Positions 58,087 through 64,000 of a stretch of 64,000 nucleotides of DNA are shown here, piece by piece (position 1 is the stretch's first letter; each line of letters opens with the position of its first letter). The position numbers and the translations under genes are program-made. Location of the stretch: the UHGV virus genome UHGV-0038016; one strand, written 5' to 3'. The notes under the pieces are model-generated. The model made no database searches. It saw only the letters and a program-made list of their open reading frames with translations, and was not told the origin of the DNA. Source of the DNA: a virus.

Positions 58087-58870
58087 GCTTGTGAATTTTT
58101 TCACAAAAAAATACGTGTTATTTTAAAAGCGAAGTTTGTGAAATGTATAAAATAAAATAACAACCCAAAAGGAAGAAGATAAAATAACATTGTGGGGGCG
58201 GGGTTCCCAAAACCTTGATGTATCAAGCTTTCATTTTCATTTTCATAAATTGGAAATTGATTTTCAAAAATAAAATAACAGAATCCTGAAACTAAAGTTT
58301 GTGAAATGAATAAAATAACAAATAGAGGACGTTATTTTTCGGCCGCTCGCTGGCGAGCGCCATTTTACTGTGTTATTTTATCCCTGTCAAGTTTTTGGCT
58401 TGTTATTTAATTGTTTTTTAATGTTATTTTAATATCCCAAAAGTCCATGCATGTGATTTTTTTCACAACCCAGAAAGCCTATTATATCAAGCTTTCACAG
58501 CCTTTTCATTCCAAGAGAGCAAGAGAATGTGAATGTGCGCACAAGCCAGAGTGTGTTATTTTTCTGCTCTTGGGTGTTATTTTATGTTTGTGAATTATTT
58601 CACATGTATTTTTTTGCCTGTTATTGAAACAACAATGAAAATTTCTGAAAATCTATTGAAAGCTTGATCTGACGCAGTTTGTAAGCGCTTACAGGTTTAT
58701 AAAATAACATGTGTCCAAAGAAAAGCTGTTATTTAATTATAAAATAACGCCTGGTGAATTGTGTGTAAATTAGAAACAGTTCTCATTAAACTTTAATAAT
58801 TTTAATGTATAAAATGCTTTACTTTTTATCATTTATCCCTTATACTAAGTATATAAGATAAAGGGAGGAC
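58087..58870. repeat. non-coding repeat island: TGTGA-N6-TCACA operators, AAATAACA iterons, GTAAGCGCTTAC palindrome, ATCAAGCTTTCA inverted repeats, GC hairpin
   Basis: Full TGTGA-N6-TCACA sites at 58090-58105, 58452-58467 and 58589-58604. Half sites TTTGTGAAATG at about 58137 and 58299. At least 12 copies of (A)AATAACA/TGTTATT(T). GTAAGCGCTTAC at 58681-58692. ATCAAGCTTTCA at about 58225 and 58486, with its inverse at about 58652. GGACGTTATTTTTCGGCCGCTCGCTGGCGAGCGCC hairpin at about 58320-58355. Confidence 0.55.
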
Positions 58871-58877
58871 GAAAGAA

Positions 58878-59504
58878 ATGAAAAATTTAATTCTAACAGA
58901 TGTAGATGGAACACTAACAAGGAAAAGCGTTGTTTTATCTCATGCGGGTTTTTTAATTGAAAAAGGAATTATTAAAGATGACGGCTCTTTTAAAGCATGG
59001 AAAAAAGACGTTAAGAATGAAAGTCTAATTGTTGCCGTTGCTGAAAATTATCGCAACGAGATAACAGGAAAAACAGAAAAAGAAATGCATGCAGAAGAGT
59101 TCGTTTCTCAATTTTTAGAAAATGAAAAAAATTGGTATGAAACATTGGACGATTTAAAAGAAAAAATTTTACAAGGCTTTGAGGTTGTTCTTGTTACAGG
59201 TTCGAGCGATTTTCTAATTAAGCATTTAGCTAACTTTTTGGGTTGTTCATATTATGCAACGGAATATTTAAAAGCAGACAACTGTTTTACCGGAAAAGTC
59301 AAGGGAATGTTTTCAGAATCACAAAAAGACGACTGTATTCAATGGAACATAAATACAAATGAATATAGTTATATAGAGGCGTGGGGAGATACTGCGAGCG
59401 ATTTCGGTTTATTCAAACATGCTGATTATCGTTTACTAGTCGAACCAACAAAACAAACACTAGAAACACTAATCAAAAAAATCACGATTGATAAAATTAT
59501 TTAA
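58878..59504 (+). CDS. HAD-superfamily hydrolase / phosphatase (208 aa)
   Basis: Motif I LILTDVDGTLT (DxDGT). Motif IV GDTASDFGLFKHAD. SD AAGGGAGG. Confidence 0.7.
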   Translation: MKNLILTDVDGTLTRKSVVLSHAGFLIEKGIIKDDGSFKAWKKDVKNESLIVAVAENYRNEITGKTEKEMHAEEFVSQFLENEKNWYETLDDLKEKILQGFEVVLVTGSSDFLIKHLANFLGCSYYATEYLKADNCFTGKVKGMFSESQKDDCIQWNINTNEYSYIEAWGDTASDFGLFKHADYRLLVEPTKQTLETLIKKITIDKII

Positions 59505-59514
59505 GACTTTATGC

Positions 59515-59543
59515 TTGCAATCTCTTTTCAAGTTTGCTATAAT
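59515..59543 (+). promoter_or_regulatory. promoter TTGCAA-17-TATAAT (first of three tandem), flanked by 13-bp inverted repeat TTGCAATCTCTTT / AAAGAGATTGCAA
   Basis: TTGCAA at 59515-59520. TATAAT at 59538-59543. Inverted-repeat arms at 59515-59527 and 59560-59572. Confidence 0.5.
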
Positions 59544-59604
59544 AGTATTAGAGATAAGGAAAGAGATTGCAAAAAGTTCTTTGAAAAATAAATAAACTTT
59601 ATAC

Positions 59605-59633
59605 TTGCAAAGTTAAAAAAAGTATGGTATACT
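59605..59633 (+). promoter_or_regulatory. promoter TTGCAA-17-TATACT (second tandem)
   Basis: TTGCAA at 59605-59610. TATACT at 59628-59633. Confidence 0.5.
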
Positions 59634-59700
59634 TGAGAGGGAAGTTCACTTGTTACTCTTTAAGCTTAAATGAGAATTTTCTAATAAAGCAAAAAAAGAC

Positions 59701-59729
59701 TTGCAAAATAATTGAAAATCGTTTATACT
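59701..59729 (+). promoter_or_regulatory. promoter TTGCAA-17-TATACT (third tandem)
   Basis: TTGCAA at 59701-59706. TATACT at 59724-59729. Followed by a 32-nt leader identical to that of the gene at 54250. Confidence 0.5.
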
Positions 59730-59785
59730 TAAAGAGTAGTAAGGGAACAACTTACTAACAAAATTTTAAAAAGGTGGAATTTATC

Positions 59786-60175
59786 ATGGAAAAAACACAA
59801 TTTGAAAAACTAGTCGTAGCTGAAAAATTTGCAGAAGTTGCTCGCATTTTGGCAAACGTGAAAGCACCGCAAGAAGTTATTGATTTTGTCGTAGAAAAAG
59901 GCGAACAAGCCCAAAAACGTAACGCTAACCGCAAACCTAGCCAAAGCAAGACAAACAAAGAAAAAATCGCAGACATGCAAAAAATTCAAGAATGGTTCTT
60001 TGAAGAAGCTGACCCAGAAACATTTTACACAAGTCAAGAAGTCAATGAAGCTTTAGAGTTTGACTACACTCCGCAAAAAATGACCCCACGCCTAAAAGGT
60101 CTAGTAGAACAAGGAATCCTAGAAAAAGGAATCGCAACAAGTGACAAGAAAAAAGTGGGCTACAAAATTATCTAA
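59786..60175 (+). CDS. hypothetical DNA-binding-like protein (129 aa), module copy 2, gene 1
   Basis: Leader ATTTTAAAAAGGTGGAATTTATCATGGAAAAA identical to 54219-54255. Protein is homologous to the 54250 gene product (KTNKEKIADMQKIQEWF...DPETFYTSQEV...TPQKMTPRLKGLVEQGILEKG...KKVGYKII). Confidence 0.55.
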   Translation: MEKTQFEKLVVAEKFAEVARILANVKAPQEVIDFVVEKGEQAQKRNANRKPSQSKTNKEKIADMQKIQEWFFEEADPETFYTSQEVNEALEFDYTPQKMTPRLKGLVEQGILEKGIATSDKKKVGYKII

Positions 60176-60184
60176 GGAACGTCT

Positions 60185-60222
60185 AAGGCTAGGCGTAAAA
60201 ACCTAGCCTTTAATTTTTTCAA
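60185..60222 (+). terminator. intrinsic terminator (aaggctagg-cgtaaaaa-cctagcctt plus T-run)
   Basis: 9-bp perfect stem followed by TAATTTTTT. Confidence 0.6.
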
Positions 60223-60257
60223 AAAAAATTTTTATTAAAAAGGTGGAAACGGTAAGC

Positions 60258-61016
60258 ATGAAAATTGACAAAAGAAAAAAATATATTTTAGTATTAGATG
60301 TAGAAACAGCTGGGGATGTTGAAAAAAATCCATTATGTTACGATGTAGGTTTTGTTGTAGCTGATAAAAAAGGGAATATCTATGAAGAACATTCGTTCGC
60401 AATTTCAGAAATTTTTGATGATGATGCTTTAATGCGTAGCGCTTACTACTATACAAAATTGCCTTTGTATCGTGAGAAAATTTCTCAGGGGATTATGAAA
60501 GTGAAGCCGTTTAGATATGTTAGAAGAGTTATTCTTAACATTATAGAAAAATACAATATCAAAACCGTAGCAGCCTATAACGCTTATTTTGATTTTGTCA
60601 AAGCTTTAAATAATACATGGCAAGAATTGACAAACTATCCATTTTTCTTCCCTTATGAAGTAGGGAAAAATTTAGAAATCAATTGCATTTGGCATATGGC
60701 TTGCCAGACAATTTTTTCGCAGAAAAGTTTTCCAAAATGGGCTTTTGAGAATGGTTACTACTCAAAAGCCGGCAATCTGAAAACAAATGCGGAAGTCGCT
60801 TATAACTGGATGATGAAAACAACCGACTTTGTGGAAGAACATACAGGGCTGGCAGATGTATATATAGAAACGGCAATAATGGCATGGTGTTATAAACAAC
60901 ACAAAAAAATGAATCGAAAAATAAATAGAATGTGTTGGCGTATCCCTACAAAAATTCATTCTGAAAAAATTTCTGAAATTAACATGAAAGAATTTGAAGC
61001 AAGTTTTCAAAATTAA
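60258..61016 (+). CDS. DEDDh-type 3'-5' exonuclease (252 aa); module copy 2, gene 2
   Basis: Exo I LVLDVETAG, Exo II AAYNAYFDFV, Exo III HTGLADVYIE. SD AAAGGTGG and ATG at 60258. Paralog of the gene at 54757. Confidence 0.7.
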   Translation: MKIDKRKKYILVLDVETAGDVEKNPLCYDVGFVVADKKGNIYEEHSFAISEIFDDDALMRSAYYYTKLPLYREKISQGIMKVKPFRYVRRVILNIIEKYNIKTVAAYNAYFDFVKALNNTWQELTNYPFFFPYEVGKNLEINCIWHMACQTIFSQKSFPKWAFENGYYSKAGNLKTNAEVAYNWMMKTTDFVEEHTGLADVYIETAIMAWCYKQHKKMNRKINRMCWRIPTKIHSEKISEINMKEFEASFQN

Positions 61017-61030
61017 TAAATGAGAAAATG

Positions 61031-61054
61031 GTGAGAGAAATCTCACTATTTTTT
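61031..61054 (+). terminator. intrinsic terminator (gtgaga-gaaa-tctcac plus T-run)
   Basis: 6-bp stem followed by TATTTTTT. Confidence 0.5.
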
Positions 61055-61056
61055 AA

Positions 61057-61561
61057 TCTATGAAAATGAAAATATTTTTGAAAGTTTTCATGAAATTTTC
61101 TGAAAATCAAATTTTTCTCAAAATTGTAAAATTAGAGATTTCTAATAATTTTTTTGTTATTTTTTAATAATAGTTTGTGAAAAATTAAAATTCTCTTGTT
61201 ATTTAAAAAACGTAAAATAACAGAAAAAACTTAATTTATAAAATAACACCGTCCCAAAACGTTGATATGACAGGCTTTCCAGCTTCCTGAATTAATATTC
61301 AATAACATGAATAAAAAACCAAAATCCCAAAACTGTTATTTTAATTTGTGAAAATTAGAATTCTCTCATAAGGGGACGTTATTTTTTGGCCGGTCGTGCA
61401 CGGCCGGAACCCAGCCTAATGTCGACCACCACGCTAGATTTTTTCCCCGTTAAAGGCTTGCCTCGTAAAGCCAGGATTTTTTCCTAAAACTCAGCACCCC
61501 TTGATTTTTTCTGTATAAAATGTTATAATAAAACAGAGAGGATAAATTATCCTGCCTAATA
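61057..61561. repeat. non-coding repeat island paralogous to 58.1-58.4 kb (AAATAACA iterons, TTTGTGAAA half sites, GGACGTTATTTTTTGGCCGG GC hairpin)
   Basis: TGTGA half sites at 61176-61180 and 61347-61351. At least 7 AATAACA/TGTTATT copies. GGGGACGTTATTTTTTGGCCGGTCGTGCACGGCCGG at about 61372-61407, which parallels GAGGACGTTATTTTTCGGCCGCTCGCTGGCGAGCGCC at 58.3 kb. The segment AAAATAACAccgtCCCAAAACgTTGATaTgaCAgGCTTTC parallels 58185-58235. A TTGATT-17-TATAAT promoter-like element lies at about 61503-61531. Confidence 0.5.
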
Positions 61562-61562
61562 C

Positions 61563-61586
61563 AAAAAAAGACCCACGAGGGGTCCT
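61563..61586 (-). terminator. terminator for the minus-strand 389-aa gene (gaccc-acgag-gggtc hairpin with U-run)
   Basis: GC stem. The A7 run on the plus strand becomes a U-run on the minus-strand transcript, downstream of the stop at 61592. Confidence 0.5.
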
Positions 61587-61591
61587 TACCT

Positions 61592-62761
61592 TTATTCTTC
61601 TTCATCAGTAGAGATTAAGCTGTTTAAGATATAACGAGTTATACTACCGCTTGATCTGTCAAAGACAATTTTGTTTTGTCCAAAAGGTTCAGTTGAAATA
61701 ATATTTCCAATAGTTAGATCATCAATTGCTTCTTCATAGGTTGCAGGTTGAAGGAATCCCTCCATGCGACGAGGGTTAGCAAGTGTATGTGTGCCTTGAA
61801 TAGATACTAAATTATAAGCTCCTGTAGTACCACTATAGTTACTTACCATTCCATACTCAAATGGACTCATCTTTGTAGGGGATTGATATTTAGCTAGATT
61901 ATCACGTAGGTATTCATGTCCCATATATTTCTGAGAAGTATATACATATTGCATCTCTACAATGTGTTTTTTAACGTCTTTCTCAAATTTTTCAAGTGTT
62001 TCTTGGATAAAGTCTGGATCAAAACCTAGGTCATTTAACACAGGTGAGCCTGCCCAACCGTTTTCCTCGATAGAAGTAAATAGTTGTGACCATGACCAGA
62101 TTGCATATAAGCCAATCTGATTCTTAATTTCAAAGTAAGGGTCAATCTTCTCTAACGATTTCTTAACAGAGAATGGAGCTCCTGCACGTACTTCTTCAGA
62201 TAGATAGAAAGGACTAATAATATCTCCAATCTTTTTGTCTGTTAAATTATTATACGTGTATTCATAAGCGCTTGAAATGGCTCTAGTTTCTTTAGGCATT
62301 AGATAATTTAATAATCCTTTTTGAATAATTGCGTATGGATCTACTTTCGTTTCTGCTTCAAGATTATTAGTATAAGGTAATAAATCATTGACTACTCCAC
62401 GCAGACGCATTCCAACTACTTTAGCTTCTTCATGAGTATAAACTTGAGGATATAAGATTAAATTAGAGATATTTTCAGATTGACTAATATTGATGTCATG
62501 TCCATCAACATCTTTTTCAGCCATAATATAGAAGCCAGCAGATTCACCATATCGTTCTACTCCAGTGATAAATCCTTCTGCATTAGTTCGATAAGTAGAA
62601 AAACCTTCTTGACCTTCTGCTACTACCATATTACGAGCCAATTTATTAAGAATAAACCCTAATGTGAAACCTTCTCCAGATTTTTTTCTTTGAAGTTGTG
62701 CTCTTGGAGTACCTTCTATAATTTCAATAACATCTTCTTGAGCTAGTCGTGATAATTTCAT
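61592..62761 (-). CDS. hypothetical protein (389 aa)
   Basis: ORF with SD AAAGGGGA. No motif recognised with confidence. A promoter-like TTGAAA-17-TATAAT lies at about 62882-62912 on the minus strand, and the 5' UTR contains GC hairpins. Confidence 0.5.
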   Translation of the reverse strand: MKLSRLAQEDVIEIIEGTPRAQLQRKKSGEGFTLGFILNKLARNMVVAEGQEGFSTYRTNAEGFITGVERYGESAGFYIMAEKDVDGHDINISQSENISNLILYPQVYTHEEAKVVGMRLRGVVNDLLPYTNNLEAETKVDPYAIIQKGLLNYLMPKETRAISSAYEYTYNNLTDKKIGDIISPFYLSEEVRAGAPFSVKKSLEKIDPYFEIKNQIGLYAIWSWSQLFTSIEENGWAGSPVLNDLGFDPDFIQETLEKFEKDVKKHIVEMQYVYTSQKYMGHEYLRDNLAKYQSPTKMSPFEYGMVSNYSGTTGAYNLVSIQGTHTLANPRRMEGFLQPATYEEAIDDLTIGNIISTEPFGQNKIVFDRSSGSITRYILNSLISTDEEE

Positions 62762-62960
62762 AATCTAAAATCCCCTTTCAAAATTGAAAAACGAAAATTG
62801 AAAATCCTAAATGCTCCTCCCGAAACTGGGGGAGTAAACTAGGGGGACATATCCACCCCTATGTTTTTATTTATTTTTCATATCTCATTTATATATTAAT
62901 TATATCATTATGAATATAATTTTTCAAACGTTGTCACCCAAGAGAGAAGAGTGAGGTTTA

Positions 62961-63260
62961 TCACTTGGGACCGTTACTCTTTGTTTGAGGTCTCCAGTAG
63001 GGACTGTCAGTTTCTGTGAGCTCACTCATAGATATACTCTGCACTTTTGGCTTATCATTAACATAATATTCTAATATGCGTCCAGTGGGGGCCGATAATG
63101 CACATACGAGGGTGGCGCCCTGTGTAATTGCGTGAAGCCTCATTTGGTCTACATTCCATTCGTCGGAGCGATGAGTTCCACTAGTGCCATCGTCAAAGTA
63201 ACATACCATTTTACCTTCGTGGATTACTGCCATTTTAAGCTGTTTACTCAAATAAATCAT
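62961..63260 (-). CDS. hypothetical protein (99 aa); start context poor (AGAAAGG directly abutting ATG)
   Basis: ORF from the track. May be the 3' part of a gene interrupted by the structured element at 63261-63583, or may start at the internal Met (MAVIHEGK). Confidence 0.35.
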   Translation of the reverse strand: MIYLSKQLKMAVIHEGKMVCYFDDGTSGTHRSDEWNVDQMRLHAITQGATLVCALSAPTGRILEYYVNDKPKVQSISMSELTETDSPYWRPQTKSNGPK

Positions 63261-63583
63261 CCTTTCTAGGTTTGTCGCGTATCGTCGTGTTTGCTGTAAG
63301 GGAGGACGGGGCTAGCCTTGCGTTAAACTGTGACTGGAGGGTGCCACACAACATTGAGGGTTTTCATTTCAACATTGAGAGTTTTTGAAGTTCATCTAGG
63401 GTTTTCATTTCAATTTCGAGAATTTCCTCTTGAATATTAAGAATTTCCGATACTCTTGAATAGTTTTTCGTATATTTTCCCGTCTAATGTGTCCTCTAGG
63501 CTAGGTTTTGTGCGTCTTAACCGTCTATCACACGGATTTTTTCTTTTTTATTTTTCCTTATTTTTTTACCAAAACGGAGGATT
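63261..63583 (-). ncRNA. candidate structured non-coding RNA or intron-like element between two minus-strand ORFs
   Basis: A 320-nt ORF-free segment with a conspicuously GC-rich patch (minus-strand ...GTGTGGCACCCTCCAGTCACAGTTTAACGCAAGGCTAGCCCCGTCCTCCCTTACAGCAAACACGACGATACGCGACAAACC) in an otherwise AT-rich genome. Also has direct repeats (GAAATGAAAACCCT twice, TCAATGTTG twice, CTTGAATA twice). Group I core motifs were not recognised. Confidence 0.25.
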
Positions 63584-63826
63584 TTACTCGTATTTGAACC
63601 AATCAGACCTAATATTTTCTGTGTCCAAGACCCATCTTTTTGAATAAGAAAAGCTATTAAACTTAGGAATATATGTATCTACATTAATCCTCCAAGCCGT
63701 CGCTTTCTCAAAATCCTCTTCTTGAAAAATCATACCTATAGAATCATCCATTGAAGGGGAAACCCAACCTATCCGTTCTTCCCTCTCCGTTAATTCTTTG
63801 ATAGGCCCTACTATCTTAATTGCCAT
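63584..63826 (-). CDS. hypothetical protein (80 aa)
   Basis: ORF with SD GGAGGAAGG. Its ATG overlaps the stop of the upstream partial ORF as TAATG. Confidence 0.45.
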   Translation of the reverse strand: MAIKIVGPIKELTEREERIGWVSPSMDDSIGMIFQEEDFEKATAWRINVDTYIPKFNSFSYSKRWVLDTENIRSDWFKYE

Positions 63827-63828
63827 TA

Positions 63829-64000
63829 TCCTTCCTCCAATACTTTACTTATTAAATGAAATGGAATATATACAGAATGATCGTCATTAGAATTAGCAAC
63901 ACAAGTTGTAAATATAGTTTGTTCTTTAACTAGGACAATTGTCTGAGCAATAACAGGACAATAACTTATAAGAGGATCTCCTGAGCCACCCCAAGTAATA
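63829..64000 (-). CDS. hypothetical protein, 5' end beyond window (C-terminus ...SVYIPFHLISKVLEEG)
   Basis: Minus-strand reading frame open from the window end to the TAA at 63829-63831. Translationally coupled to the next gene. Confidence 0.3.

Noticed and set aside
58411-58593. 60-aa plus-strand ORF inside the 58 kb repeat island (and the similar 59755-60037 minus-strand ORFs, 63456-63647 plus-strand ORF)
   Set aside because: No ribosome-binding site. They span operator and iteron repeats, or are antisense to real genes, so they are probably spurious.

Overview
This window is an AT-rich phage genome segment. No integrase, attachment site or host genes are visible, so it is most likely a virulent long-tailed siphovirus-type phage of a low-GC Gram-positive host; the exact phage cannot be identified from sequence alone.

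Layout:
- 1–49.2 kb: a continuous minus-strand late/structural module. In transcription order (49.2→0 kb) it reads: small gene; tail fibre with C-terminal intramolecular-chaperone domain; Zn-ribbon protein; PIN-PhoH ATPase; putative small terminase; large terminase split by a group I intron carrying a GIY-YIG homing endonuclease; free-standing Vsr/DUF559-like endonuclease; portal; protease/scaffold; capsid; head-tail joining proteins; major tail protein; chaperone; an 8 kb tape-measure gene (2673 aa); distal tail, Ig-like proteins and a 2297-aa fibre protein; holin; an 810-aa three-domain endolysin.
- 49.2–50.6 kb: a divergent non-coding control region packed with three families of palindromes or iterons.
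- 50.5–61.0 kb: a plus-strand early region of about 21 small genes. Nearly every gene is its own insulated cassette, and twelve gene junctions are hairpin terminators whose loop is the TTGAC(A/T) -35 box of the next promoter. Each has a 17-bp spacer, a (TGn)TATAMT -10 box and a conserved TATAGAAAGGAA leader. The region also holds a duplicated two-gene module (winged-helix-like protein plus DEDDh exonuclease) and a HAD phosphatase.
- 58.1–58.9 kb and 61.0–61.6 kb: two further repeat-rich non-coding islands.
- 61.6–64 kb: minus-strand genes and a GC-rich, apparently structured, non-coding element.

Gene calls rest on ORF structure, Shine-Dalgarno context and motifs recognised by eye. No database searches were possible.
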